DNA from: Flavobacteriales bacterium
Lineage (GTDB): Bacteria > Bacteroidota > Bacteroidia > Flavobacteriales_F > PHOS-HE28
Length of the DNA stretch: 64,000 bases
Direction: 5' to 3'
Assembly (NCBI GenBank): GCA_039933875.1
Contig: JBDTNF010000250.1
Span: forward strand, 1,359 to 65,358
Below are positions 8,878-18,992 of this stretch, one piece after another. The notes beneath the pieces were generated by a model. That model did no database searches and was not told the origin of the DNA. It saw only the letters and a program-made list of their open reading frames with translations. How positions within the stretch are numbered: position 1 is the stretch's first letter; each line of letters opens with the position of its first letter. Both the position numbers and the translations under genes were made by a program.

Positions 8878-9966
8878 TCACTTGGCCCGCGTGCTGGCGT
8901 GGTCGCGGAAAACCATGTCCGCAAGGCCTTGAAGGCCGGTGTAGAAAGCTCGACCCTGGTTGGCTTCCGTGAACTTCTCGATGAAGCGCTGCAGGTAGGG
9001 ATCACGCGCGATCATGAACGTGGTGATCGGGATCTTCGCCTTGCGCGCCCGCACAGCGGCGTCCAGTGTGCGCGCCACGATGTAGTCGTCAAGGCCAACG
9101 CTGTTCATGTAGTACTCGCCATCGCGCTTGATGCAACTCGGCTTGCCATCGGTGATCATCACGATGCGGCGGTTGCGCAATTTGCGACGACGCAGGATGT
9201 CCATGGCGAGTTCAAGACCGGCGACGGTGTTCGTGTGGAACGGCCCCACTTGCAGGTAGGGCAGGTCCTTCAAGCTCACCTGCCAGGCATCGTTGCCGAA
9301 GACGACGATATCCAAGGTGTCCTTCGGGTAGCGGCACGCGACGAGTTCGGCGAGTGCCATCGCCACCTTCTTCGCCGGTGTGATGCGGTCCTCGCCATAG
9401 AGGATCATGCTGTGGCTGATGTCCAGCATCAACACAGTGGCGCAGGCGCTTTGGTGCTCCGTTTCGATCACCTCGAGATCGTCCTCGCTCAGGCGCAGGT
9501 CATCCAATCCGTGTTGCTGGGCATTGCGGATGCTATCGCTCATGGCGATCTGCTCGATCCGGTCGCCATAGCGGAAAGTGCGTCTGTCGCTGGTCTGTTC
9601 ATCCCCCTCTCCCACCCTGCGCAAGCCGTGGTTGCCCTGATCGCTCTTCTTCAACTTGCCGAAGACCTGGTCCAACGCACGCTGGCGCAGCAACTGTTCC
9701 GCCTTGCCGGTGAGCGGTGCCTTGCCGCCCTTACGCGGAAGATCACCGATGATACCGTGCTTGCGCAGATCGTCCTCGAAGTCCTTTCGTGTGTAGTCGT
9801 CGTTGAAGAAGCCGTGCTCCTTGTTCAGTTCGTCCATCCAGTTGAGCGCCTCCTCCACATCGCCGCTGGTGTGCGTCAGCAACTCGAGGAAAAGCGGCAG
9901 CAACTTCTCGAAGTCGGTGCGCTCGTCCTTGGGCGGGATGTGTTTCGCGAAGCGTACGCCGAGCAT
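8878..9966 (-). CDS. vWA domain protein (partner of the ChlI-like ATPase)
   Basis: MIDAS motif LMLDISHSM (DxSxS), plus ITDGKPS further downstream. The start is taken at the ATG at 9966. Confidence 0.8.
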   Translation of the reverse strand: MLGVRFAKHIPPKDERTDFEKLLPLFLELLTHTSGDVEEALNWMDELNKEHGFFNDDYTRKDFEDDLRKHGIIGDLPRKGGKAPLTGKAEQLLRQRALDQVFGKLKKSDQGNHGLRRVGEGDEQTSDRRTFRYGDRIEQIAMSDSIRNAQQHGLDDLRLSEDDLEVIETEHQSACATVLMLDISHSMILYGEDRITPAKKVAMALAELVACRYPKDTLDIVVFGNDAWQVSLKDLPYLQVGPFHTNTVAGLELAMDILRRRKLRNRRIVMITDGKPSCIKRDGEYYMNSVGLDDYIVARTLDAAVRARKAKIPITTFMIARDPYLQRFIEKFTEANQGRAFYTGLQGLADMVFRDHASTRAK

Positions 9967-10094
9967 GGTCCCAAGGTAACGCGATGAACAGCCGTTGGTT
10001 CGATGCGACGGAAGGTATTCGGCGCACGCGGTCCGGCGCGTTTTCACAACTTCACGCTCGCGGCCGCCGATGGTCGCTCGCCGCACTGCCGATC

Positions 10095-10772
10095 ATGCTG
10101 AAGCTCAAATTCACCGGCCCGGAGGAGAAGATCCGCGTGGGCAGTGGCCGTCTCGAGACCCTGGGCGACGGGGTGTTCGCCATCGTCATGACGCTCCTGG
10201 TGCTCGAGCTCAGGATCCCGGAATGGGAAGGCGAGGTGACCAACGCGCAAGTCTGGGACTACATGAAGCACCTGGCACCGAGCTTCTTCTCGTTCGGGTT
10301 GAGTTTCGCGATCCTCGGCATCATGTGGTTCGCGCACCGCATGGAGCACATCTTCATCGGCGCGGTGAACCGCAAGTTGATCTGGTTGAACATGCTCTTC
10401 TACGGCTTCATCTGCCTGGTGCCCTTCAGCGCGGCGATGTTGGGTCGTTACCCCAACGTGCAACTGGTGATCCTGCTCTACGGTGCCAACCTGATCTTCG
10501 CCATCGCCTTCCTCTACTGGATCTGGAGCTATGGCACCAGCCTCCCCGACTTGCGCGAGCGCGAGGTGCCCGCCGAGTTGCGCCGGGTGATCAACGTGCT
10601 CTTCGCCCTGGCGCCCACACTCTACATCGTCGCCATCCTGCTCAGCTTCATCGAGCCGGTATGGGGATTCTACTGCTACCTGCTTACGCCCCTTCTTTAC
10701 TTCGTCCCAACGCCCATCGACAAGTACCTGCCCGCGAAGAGCAATGGCACAGGAAGCGTGACGAACCGTTGA
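10095..10772 (+). CDS. TMEM175/DUF1211 family potassium channel-like protein
   Basis: Signature RLETLGDGVFAIVMTLLVLEL followed by about 6 TM segments. Confidence 0.8.
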   Translation: MLKLKFTGPEEKIRVGSGRLETLGDGVFAIVMTLLVLELRIPEWEGEVTNAQVWDYMKHLAPSFFSFGLSFAILGIMWFAHRMEHIFIGAVNRKLIWLNMLFYGFICLVPFSAAMLGRYPNVQLVILLYGANLIFAIAFLYWIWSYGTSLPDLREREVPAELRRVINVLFALAPTLYIVAILLSFIEPVWGFYCYLLTPLLYFVPTPIDKYLPAKSNGTGSVTNR

Positions 10773-10852
10773 CCTTGCCGCTGGCCCGGACCTTGAGCGG
10801 GTGGCACCTTGGCTATCTTGGCCGACCCTTGTTGCTAACCCCTCTCTACCCG

Positions 10853-13087
10853 ATGCGTACTTCCCTGCTGGCCACCGGTGTGGCCCTTGTGCTTAGCCTT
10901 GGTTCGAGCGCCCAGAAACAGCTCACCAACCGCGAGATCTGGTACACTCCCACCTTCAGCGCCGAAAGCGTGGGTGGACTGGCCAGCATGAAGGACGGCC
11001 TGCATTACACCACATTGGAAGCCGAGGCGGATGAGGCGGTGATCAACCAGTACGCGTACCGGACCGGGGAGAAAGTGGCCACGCTCGTGCGCGGCGGTGC
11101 GCTGGTGGCACCCGGCAGCAAGACCCCGTTGGAAATGGACGGGTACAGCTTCAGCGGTGATGAGAAGAAGATGATGATCGAGACCGGCAGCGACCCGATC
11201 TACCGCTACAGCTATTTCGCCTACAACTATGTGTTCGACCGTGCCAGCAAGAAACTCGCCCCGCTCAGCGATGTGACCAAGCCGAAGCAGCGCCTGGCCA
11301 CCTTCAGTCCCGACGGCAGCCGCGCGGCCTTCGTGCGCGACAACAACCTCTACGTGGTGGACCTGGCCACCATGGCCGAGACGCAGGTGACCACGGATGG
11401 CCTGTGGAACAAGGTGCTCAACGGTGCGACCGATTGGGTGTATGAAGAGGAATTCGCCCTGGTGCAGGGCTACCAGTGGAGCCCGAACGGGACCAAGTTG
11501 TTGTACCTCCGCAGTGACGAGAGCGACGTGCGCGAATTCGATGTGATCAAGTACGAGGAGAACCTCTACCCCAGCGAATACCGCTTCAAATACCCCAAGG
11601 CTGGCGAAGCGAACAGCACGGTCTCGCTGCACGTATACACCATCGCGACGAAGACGACCACCGCAGTGCCACTGGGTACGGACGGTGAAGTATACCTGCC
11701 CCGCTTCGGCTGGACCGCCAACGACAACGTGCTCTGGTTCATGCGCATGAACCGCCTGCAGAACGAGAAGGTGATCGCGACCGTGCAATTACCTCCTGAT
11801 GGGGCCATGGCGAAGCTCACCGCCACGGAGATCTACCGCGAAACGAGCAAGACGTATGTGGAGGTGACGGATGACCTGTTCTTCCAGGCGGACGGGAGCG
11901 GCTTTGTCCTTACCAGCGAGCGCGACGGATGGAACCACATCTACTGGTGCCCGATCCCCCCATGGACGGAATCCGCAAAAACGATGGGCACGGTGCGCGC
12001 GCTCACCAGTGGTACCTGGGATGTGGTCGCGGTGAAGGGCATCGACGAGAAGGGCAAGCGCGTGATCTTCAGCGCGTCGAAGGTCGCACCGGAAAGCCAG
12101 GAGATCTGGGCCGTGGGATTGAACGGCAAGGGGATGATCCAGCTCTCCCCCGTCGGTGGATACAGCGATGCGGAGTTCAGCACGGGCTTCCGCTACTTCA
12201 TCAATACGCGCAGCACGCAGAACACCCCGCCGGTGGTGACGCTGCACGATGGCAACGGGAAGTTGGTGAAGGAGTTGAAGAACAACGACCGCCTGAAGCG
12301 CGCCGCGGCGGACTATGGCATCGTTCCGAAGGAGTTCTTCACGTTCAAGACCGAGGGCGGGGTTGAACTGCATGGCTGGATGATGAAGCCGCCCGGCTTC
12401 CAAAGCCGCCAGCAGTACCCCGTGTTCATGACGCAGTATAGCGGCCCCAACAGCAACGAAGTGCTGGACCGGTGGGACGGACGCGACCACATGTGGCACA
12501 GCTTGCTGGCGCAGAAAGGCTACGTCGTTGTGTGCGTCGATCCGCGCGGCACCGGCCACCGTGGACGCGACTTCCGGCACATCACCTATGGCCAGTTGGG
12601 CAAGTACGAGACCGAGGACCAGATCTCCGCAGCGAAGTGGCTCGCGAAGCAGCCCTATGTGGATGGCACACGCATCGGCATCCAGGGCTGGAGCTATGGC
12701 GCGTACATGAGCAGCCTCTGCATCACCAAGGGCGCCGACGTGTTCAAGGCCGCCATCGCCGTGGCACCCGTGACCAACTGGCGCTACTACGATACCATCT
12801 ACACCGAGCGCTACATGGGCCTTCCCAAGGACAACGGCAGCGGCTACGACGACAACAGCCCCGTGAGCCACGTGGCCGAACTCAAGGGCAAGTACCTCTT
12901 GATCCATGGCCTGGCCGACGATAATGTGCACTTCCAGAACAGCGCCGAAATGGTGCTGGCCCTGGTGAAAGCGAACAAGCCCTTCGAACAGTTCACCTAT
13001 CCGGACAAGAACCACGGGATCTACGGCGGCACCACGCGCATGCACCTGTTCGAGATGATGACCAACTGGCTGGTGGAGAATCTCTGA
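10853..13087 (+). CDS. Dipeptidyl-peptidase IV (S9B family serine peptidase)
   Basis: Signal peptide, beta-propeller half with DWVYEEEF, and a catalytic domain with GWSYGAY (GxSxG), DDNVH and NHGI. It is embedded in the 1030-aa ORF 9995-13087. Confidence 0.9.
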   Translation: MRTSLLATGVALVLSLGSSAQKQLTNREIWYTPTFSAESVGGLASMKDGLHYTTLEAEADEAVINQYAYRTGEKVATLVRGGALVAPGSKTPLEMDGYSFSGDEKKMMIETGSDPIYRYSYFAYNYVFDRASKKLAPLSDVTKPKQRLATFSPDGSRAAFVRDNNLYVVDLATMAETQVTTDGLWNKVLNGATDWVYEEEFALVQGYQWSPNGTKLLYLRSDESDVREFDVIKYEENLYPSEYRFKYPKAGEANSTVSLHVYTIATKTTTAVPLGTDGEVYLPRFGWTANDNVLWFMRMNRLQNEKVIATVQLPPDGAMAKLTATEIYRETSKTYVEVTDDLFFQADGSGFVLTSERDGWNHIYWCPIPPWTESAKTMGTVRALTSGTWDVVAVKGIDEKGKRVIFSASKVAPESQEIWAVGLNGKGMIQLSPVGGYSDAEFSTGFRYFINTRSTQNTPPVVTLHDGNGKLVKELKNNDRLKRAAADYGIVPKEFFTFKTEGGVELHGWMMKPPGFQSRQQYPVFMTQYSGPNSNEVLDRWDGRDHMWHSLLAQKGYVVVCVDPRGTGHRGRDFRHITYGQLGKYETEDQISAAKWLAKQPYVDGTRIGIQGWSYGAYMSSLCITKGADVFKAAIAVAPVTNWRYYDTIYTERYMGLPKDNGSGYDDNSPVSHVAELKGKYLLIHGLADDNVHFQNSAEMVLALVKANKPFEQFTYPDKNHGIYGGTTRMHLFEMMTNWLVENL

Positions 13088-13245
13088 GACTATCAAATGG
13101 AGAATGATGAATGACCAAGTGGGTAGGGTCCCCAACCCCTCACTTCATCATTCTTCATTGAGTGTTGGCTATTGTTCATTCCGCTAGGCCACTTTTCTAT
13201 CTTGGCGCGCCTCCGTCGTCCAACCCCTTACCGAAAACCCTTGCG

Positions 13246-15093
13246 ATGAGCTCCACCGCGACCGCACCTGCGAACACGAAGCATCCCAGAGGCCTCTACC
13301 TGCTCTTCTTCACCGAGATGTGGGAACGCTTCGGCTTCTACTTGATGCTGGGCATCCTTTACCTGTACATGACCGACGGTCTGAAGGGTGGCCTGGGCTT
13401 CGGTGATGGACAGGCGAACGACATCTACGGGACGTACATCGCGCTGGTCTATCTCACCCCGTTCATCGGCGGGTTGCTGGCCGATCGCATCTTTGGGTAC
13501 CGCAAGACCATCATCGCCGGTGGGCTGCTCATGGCCTCGGGCTATCTCACCCTGGCGATGCCCGGTCCTACGGCTTTCGCCATCGCCCTGTTCCTGATCA
13601 TCATTGGGAACGGCCTCTTCAAGCCGAACATCAGTACCCTTCTCGGCAACCTCTACAACAAGCCGGAGTACGCCCGCCTGAAGGACAAGGGCTACAACAT
13701 CTTCTACATGGGCATCAACATCGGTGCCTTCGTCTGCAACTTCGTTGCTGCGTGGTTGCGCAATGAATACGGTTGGGGCTATGCCTTCGCTGCGGCGGGT
13801 GTCGGCATGCTCCTCGGGGTCGGCATTTTCATCAGCGGTAGCAAGGGCCTGGCCGAAGCGGACCAGATGAAGGCCGCGCAGAAGGAGGACATGCCGATGA
13901 GCCGCATCGTAGGGACCATCTTCATACCCGCCATCGCCTTCGCGATCCTGGGCTTCTTCGCCGGCCGTATCCTCGGTATGGAGAACATCTTCGGCAGCAC
14001 GAGCAACGATACCTTCCTGTTCGCCTGCATACCGGTCCTCTGGTTCTACCTGAGCACTTACCTGAAGAGCAGCAACGAGGACAAGAAACCATTGGGCTCG
14101 CTGCTTTACATCTATGTCGTTGTGATCGTGTTCTGGGCCATCTTCCACCAGAACGGCAATGTGCTCACCAACTGGGCCGAGCGCAATACGTGGCGCCCGA
14201 TCCCCGAGAACGCCGTGGGCTTCGCCCGGGCCACGGGCATGTTGCAGGAGGTGGATGACATCCCGGCCGAAGTAGCCACCAAGGCGACAAAGGATGGCGA
14301 CACCTACAGTGTACGTTTCGAAGGCCTCCACCGCGCGAAAGCCGATTCGATCGCTGCTGTGCTCGGTCAGGCCTCGGTGATGAAGACCGACTCCCTCGCG
14401 GCGGACACCGGTGCCGTGTTCGCAGCAACGATGCCTATCGCCACACGGGCCGAGGGCAAGATGCTGGCGGAACAGGTGCAGGCGCAGGGCCTGGTGAAGA
14501 AGTTGACCTACAACAAATACCTGGAGACCTTGCCGCGCGAGAAGTGGCCGACGGAAAAGGAGCCCGCCAAATTGATCAGCACCGAGTTGTTCCAATCGTT
14601 GAACCCGTTCTTCGTTGTGCTGCTCACGCCGCTGGTCATCGGCATCTTCTCGTTCCTCGGAAGCCGCGGCAAGGAGCCCAGCACTCCCGCCAAGATCGCC
14701 TTTGGCCTCCTCATCACCGGGCTCAGCACCTTGGTGATGATCGCCGCGGTGAGCGCCAGCGGCAACGCCGAACACAAGGTGAGCGCCATGTGGCTGGTCG
14801 GCACCTATGCCGTGATCACCTTCGGCGAACTCTGCCTGAGCCCGATGGGCCTCTCGCTGGTGAGCAAGTTGAGCCCTGCACGCCTCACCGCAGTGATGAT
14901 GGGCGGCTGGTTCCTCAGCACATCGATCGGGAACAAACTCGCCGGTGTTCTCGGCCATATGGGCAGTGACAGCGCCAACAAGAGCCTGGTGTTCTACATC
15001 AACTGCACCGGGGCCATGATCTGCGCGTTCCTGCTCTTCATCGCGGTGAAGCGTATCGCCGCTGTGCTGAAGGAGAAGACCGGGCACTATTGA
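13246..15093 (+). CDS. POT/PTR2 family peptide:proton symporter with a large inserted hydrophilic domain
   Basis: ExxERFxYY-type motif FTEMWERFGFYLM and FKPNISTLLG. A hydrophilic insert of about 150 aa lies between late TM segments. Confidence 0.9.
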   Translation: MSSTATAPANTKHPRGLYLLFFTEMWERFGFYLMLGILYLYMTDGLKGGLGFGDGQANDIYGTYIALVYLTPFIGGLLADRIFGYRKTIIAGGLLMASGYLTLAMPGPTAFAIALFLIIIGNGLFKPNISTLLGNLYNKPEYARLKDKGYNIFYMGINIGAFVCNFVAAWLRNEYGWGYAFAAAGVGMLLGVGIFISGSKGLAEADQMKAAQKEDMPMSRIVGTIFIPAIAFAILGFFAGRILGMENIFGSTSNDTFLFACIPVLWFYLSTYLKSSNEDKKPLGSLLYIYVVVIVFWAIFHQNGNVLTNWAERNTWRPIPENAVGFARATGMLQEVDDIPAEVATKATKDGDTYSVRFEGLHRAKADSIAAVLGQASVMKTDSLAADTGAVFAATMPIATRAEGKMLAEQVQAQGLVKKLTYNKYLETLPREKWPTEKEPAKLISTELFQSLNPFFVVLLTPLVIGIFSFLGSRGKEPSTPAKIAFGLLITGLSTLVMIAAVSASGNAEHKVSAMWLVGTYAVITFGELCLSPMGLSLVSKLSPARLTAVMMGGWFLSTSIGNKLAGVLGHMGSDSANKSLVFYINCTGAMICAFLLFIAVKRIAAVLKEKTGHY

Positions 15094-15136
15094 TGTGACA
15101 AGGTCGAACCCCTAACCATCCGTAAGCCACATCGCC

Positions 15137-16612
15137 ATGCAGACCCTCGCCGAGATCCGCGACTTCAAGGGCAAGTACCCGAAGCAGCTCTGGTACCTCT
15201 TCGGTACCGAGATGTGGGAACGGTTCTGTTTCTACGGTATGCGGGGCATGCTCACTGTGTTCATGGTGAGCAACTTGGGGCTGGACGACAAGGCAGCGAA
15301 CCTGCAATACGGGGCCATCCAGGCCTTCGTGTACGCGTTCACCTTCATCGGTGGCGTGTTCGCGGACAAGATCCTCGGCTTCCAGAAGTCGCTGTTCTGG
15401 GGCGCGCTCCTGATGATCGCCGGTGGCTTCATCATCGCGTCCGCGCCGACGGAACTCTTCTACATCGGCATCTCCTTCTCCATCATCGGCACGGGTTTCT
15501 TCAAGCCGAACATCTCCACCATGGTAGGCCAACTCTACCATGAAGGTGATCATCGGCGTGATGCCGGCTTCGGGCTGTTCTATGCGGGCATCAACCTCGG
15601 CGCACTGCTGGGCGGCATGCTGATGGTGTGGGTGGGCAAAGCCTATTCCTGGCGGCTCGCCTTCGCCCTGGTGGGGATCGTGATGATCATCAGCCTGATC
15701 AACTTCGCCTGGAGAAGGGCCTCCTTCGGCCCGATCGGGCTCTCGCCGCTGCATCCCGACATGCCGAAGTCGCGCAGGCGTTTCTATGAGATCGCCACGT
15801 ACGTCGGTTCCTTGATCGCGATCCCGTTGATCCTGATCATGGTGACCAAGACCGAGTACACGGACCTGTTCATGTATATCATCGGTCCGGTGACCCTGGT
15901 CTACCTCGGCTGGGAGATGCGCAAGTTCAATGTCCAGGAGAACAAACGTCTGCTGGCCGCCCTGGTCTTCATCCTCTTCTCCATCCTCTTCTGGGCCTTC
16001 TTCGAGCAGAGCGGTGGCTCGTTGAGCCTCTTCGCCCTCAACAACCTGAAAGCGGACTTCTTCGGGCTCGCGATCGACCCGAACGTCGTGAACAACTCTG
16101 CGAACTCCCTGTTCGTGATCATCTTCAGCGCTCCGCTGGGACTACTGTGGGTGTGGCTGAGCGCGCGGAAGATGGAACCCAACTCGGTGGTGAAGTTCGG
16201 CCTGGGGTTCCTCCTGCTCGCATTGGCGTTCTTCGTTTTCTACGCCTGCATCTTCTTCGCCGATGCCGATGGGATCACCTCGCTGGAACTCTTCACGCTG
16301 GCCTACTTCGTCATCACATTTGGTGAACTGTGCCTTTCCCCGATCGGGCTTTCGCTGATGACGAAGCTTTCACCGGTCCCCATCCAGGGCCTGATGATGG
16401 GCATGTGGTTCCTGGCCAGCGCTTACGGCCAATATGTGGCCGGCCTGCTCGGCGCGGGGATGTCCTCGGCCGATCCGGAAGCCACTCCGTTGATGAAGCT
16501 GCATGCGTACACCGCGGGCTATTCGCAACTGGCCATCTACGCGTTGGTCGCCGGTGTCGTGCTTATCGCCATCTCGCCCCTGGTCCGTAAACTCATGCGG
16601 GGTGTCCACTGA
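15137..16612 (+). CDS. POT/PTR2 family peptide:proton symporter
   Basis: GTEMWERFCFYGM and FKPNISTMVG motifs. 491 aa, with no insert. Confidence 0.9.
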   Translation: MQTLAEIRDFKGKYPKQLWYLFGTEMWERFCFYGMRGMLTVFMVSNLGLDDKAANLQYGAIQAFVYAFTFIGGVFADKILGFQKSLFWGALLMIAGGFIIASAPTELFYIGISFSIIGTGFFKPNISTMVGQLYHEGDHRRDAGFGLFYAGINLGALLGGMLMVWVGKAYSWRLAFALVGIVMIISLINFAWRRASFGPIGLSPLHPDMPKSRRRFYEIATYVGSLIAIPLILIMVTKTEYTDLFMYIIGPVTLVYLGWEMRKFNVQENKRLLAALVFILFSILFWAFFEQSGGSLSLFALNNLKADFFGLAIDPNVVNNSANSLFVIIFSAPLGLLWVWLSARKMEPNSVVKFGLGFLLLALAFFVFYACIFFADADGITSLELFTLAYFVITFGELCLSPIGLSLMTKLSPVPIQGLMMGMWFLASAYGQYVAGLLGAGMSSADPEATPLMKLHAYTAGYSQLAIYALVAGVVLIAISPLVRKLMRGVH

Positions 16613-16658
16613 CCGCCCGGCACGATCATTGCTGAACCGCCAGAAGACTCCGTTCCCC

Positions 16659-17225
16659 ATGCGCACCTTCCTCTTCTCCCTCGCGATCGTTCCATCGCTC
16701 CTGTTCGCTCAAACACCTGCCAAAGCACCTGAGAAGGGGATCAAGTGGGTGACCATCGAGGAAGCCCAGACCTTGGCGAAGAAGGCTCCCAAGCCGATCC
16801 TGGTGGATGTGCACACGAGTTGGTGCGGCCCCTGCAAGATGCTCGAGGCGAAGACCTTCAGCGACCCCCGCCTGGCCGACTACGTGAACAAGCATTTCTA
16901 TCCGGTGAACTTCAACGCAGAGGGTGGTGACCCGGTGACCTTCAAAGGCCAGGTGCTGACGAACCCCGATTTCAACCCGGCGAACGTCGCGGGCCGCAAC
17001 GGCACACACCAACTGACCATGGCCATCGCGAACGTGCAGGGGCGCATCGCATACCCCACGGTGGTCTACATGGACAGCGACCTGAACGTGCTCGCTCCTG
17101 TGCAAGGCTACCTGACGCCCGTCCAGATGGAACCCATCCTCGCTTACTTCGGCGAAGGACACTACAAGACGCAGGACTACCAGACCTTCATGAGCGGCTT
17201 CAAGGGTCATTGGTCGGCTCCTTGA
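16659..17225 (+). CDS. Secreted thioredoxin-fold protein
   Basis: Signal peptide MRTFLFSLAIVPSLLFAQ and a WCGPC active site. Confidence 0.85.
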   Translation: MRTFLFSLAIVPSLLFAQTPAKAPEKGIKWVTIEEAQTLAKKAPKPILVDVHTSWCGPCKMLEAKTFSDPRLADYVNKHFYPVNFNAEGGDPVTFKGQVLTNPDFNPANVAGRNGTHQLTMAIANVQGRIAYPTVVYMDSDLNVLAPVQGYLTPVQMEPILAYFGEGHYKTQDYQTFMSGFKGHWSAP

Positions 17226-17243
17226 TCGTTCTTACATCGCTTT

Positions 17244-17269
17244 GAAAGCCCCGCCAACGCGGGGCTTTC
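17244..17269 (+). terminator. Hairpin terminator candidate
   Basis: GAAAGCCCCGC CAAC GCGGGGCTTTC is a perfect 11-bp stem, 19 nt after the thioredoxin-like stop. Confidence 0.55.
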
Positions 17270-17359
17270 GCGCTAATTGGAACTTCCGGATCGCGCGCTT
17301 CCTTCTTTGCTACCTTAGCGACCGTTCCCACAAAAACACCCTCTATTCCTGTAGTTGCG

Positions 17360-18649
17360 ATGAGCGAAAAGGCGCAGATCATCCTGGATGGCAAGACGTA
17401 TGAATTCCCGATCGTAACGGGCAGCGAGGGCGAGAAGGCCATCGATATCAGCAAACTGCGCGACGATAGCGGCTACATCACGCTGGACTTCGGGTACAAG
17501 AACACCGGCGCCACGAAAAGCGCCATTACGTTCCTCGATGGTGAGCAGGGGATCCTGCACTACCGCGGTTACCCGATCGAGCAACTCGCCGAGAAAAGCA
17601 CGTTCCTGGAGGTGAGCTACCTGCTGCTGAACGGCGAACTGCCGAACCGGAAGGAATTGGACGAGTTCGAGGGGAACATCCGTTACCACTCGCTGGTACA
17701 CGAGAACATGAAGCACTTCTTCGAGTTCTTCCCGAGCAATGCCCACCCCATGGGCATCCTCTCGGCGATGATCAACTCGTTGAGCACCTTCTACCCGCGC
17801 AGCCAGGACCCACACCGCCCGATGAAGGAGCGGGAGCGCACCATCCACCGCTTGATCGCGAAGATGCCCACGCTGGCGGCGATCAGCTACAAGAACAACC
17901 TCGGGCATCCCTACATGTACCCGAACAACAAGCTGGGGTACGTCGAGAACTTCCTCTACATGATGTTCGGCATGCCGACCGAAGCCTACGTCGGCGATCC
18001 GGTGGTGGCCGATGCTTTGAACAAGTTGCTGATCCTGCACGCGGACCATGAGCAGAACTGCAGCGCCAGCACCGTACGTATGGTGGGCAGCAGCCAGGCC
18101 AACCTGTACAGCGCCGTGAGCGCGGGTATCGCCGCCCTGTGGGGGCCCCTGCACGGTGGTGCCAACCAGGAAGTGATCGAAATGCTGGAGACCATCCGCA
18201 ACGACGGCGGCGACATCCAGAAATGGGTGGACAAGGCCAAGGACAAGAGCGACCCCTTCCGCCTGTTCGGGTTCGGCCACCGCGTGTACAAGAACTTCGA
18301 CCCGCGTGCCACGATCATCAAGAAGAGCTGCGATGATGTGCTGAAGAAGATGGGCGTGAACGATCCCGTCCTGGACATCGCCCGTCGCCTTGAGGAGATC
18401 GCCCTGAAGGACGACTACTTCATCAGCCGCCAGTTGTACCCCAACGTGGACTTCTACAGCGGGATCATCTACCGCGCCATCGGCATCCCCACGCGCATGT
18501 TCACGGTGATGTTCGCCCTTGGCCGCCTGCCGGGTTGGATCGCGCAGTGGAAGGAGATGGTGGAGAACAAGGAACCCATCGGCCGGCCACGCCAGATCTA
18601 CACGGGCGCCACGAAACGCGACTATGTGGCGTTGAAAGACCGCAGCTGA
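17360..18649 (+). CDS. gltA: Citrate synthase
   Basis: 429 aa with conserved citrate synthase blocks (LHADHEQNCSASTVR, GPLHGGANQ, GFGHRVYK). Confidence 0.95.
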   Translation: MSEKAQIILDGKTYEFPIVTGSEGEKAIDISKLRDDSGYITLDFGYKNTGATKSAITFLDGEQGILHYRGYPIEQLAEKSTFLEVSYLLLNGELPNRKELDEFEGNIRYHSLVHENMKHFFEFFPSNAHPMGILSAMINSLSTFYPRSQDPHRPMKERERTIHRLIAKMPTLAAISYKNNLGHPYMYPNNKLGYVENFLYMMFGMPTEAYVGDPVVADALNKLLILHADHEQNCSASTVRMVGSSQANLYSAVSAGIAALWGPLHGGANQEVIEMLETIRNDGGDIQKWVDKAKDKSDPFRLFGFGHRVYKNFDPRATIIKKSCDDVLKKMGVNDPVLDIARRLEEIALKDDYFISRQLYPNVDFYSGIIYRAIGIPTRMFTVMFALGRLPGWIAQWKEMVENKEPIGRPRQIYTGATKRDYVALKDRS

Positions 18650-18739
18650 TCGCGCATCACCATCCACAACGCGGATGTACTTTCGCCGCCACATCCACTA
18701 CGAAGCTCAACGCCTTCGCCGGGCTACGGCGCTCACAGC

Positions 18740-18964
18740 ATGAAGAAGAAGCTCATCGGTCTCGCGCTCTGGTTGATCGCCTTGCTGATCCCCTTCAAGT
18801 ACGCAATCCTGGACACCGACGAGGTGGTGCTGGAGAACGGCCGTGCTGACAACATCACCGGGCTGCTCGCCTTCGTGGCCACGGTTGTGCTGCTGTTCGT
18901 AGGCTACTTCATTTTCGATTCGGCCGGATCCAAGCCGGCCCAGGACGACGGACACGGACACTAA
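18740..18964 (+). CDS. Small two-TM membrane protein, hypothetical
   Basis: 74-aa ORF with two hydrophobic helices, GC3-rich, in the spacer between gltA and usp. Confidence 0.5.
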   Translation: MKKKLIGLALWLIALLIPFKYAILDTDEVVLENGRADNITGLLAFVATVVLLFVGYFIFDSAGSKPAQDDGHGH

Positions 18965-18992
18965 GGCGCCACCTGAAGGCGCGCCCTTCACC

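Noticed and set aside
9995-13087. A 1030-aa ORF that looks like one giant protein.
   Set aside because: Only the part from ATG 10853 has peptidase S9/DPP-IV features and a signal peptide. The upstream ~285 codons are Arg/Pro/Gly-rich nonsense overlapping the real TMEM175-like gene in another frame, which is a stop-poor GC-rich read-through artefact.
13094-13165. An AT-rich imperfect inverted repeat between DPP-IV and the first POT gene (GAATGATG...AAGTG / CACTT-CATCATTC).
   Set aside because: The arms pair only with a 7-nt bulge and a GC-rich irregular centre. It is most simply an untidy intergenic terminator or attenuator, and I found no second copy.
13228-15087. Very long antisense ORFs opposite real genes: 13228-15087, 17315-18694, 11789-13135, 29446-31578, 46751-47791, 33220-34527 and 62366-63277.
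   Set aside because: Their translations are low-complexity and rich in R, H, G, A, D and E, with no motifs. Each mirrors a well-supported gene on the other strand. These are typical shadow ORFs of high-GC DNA.
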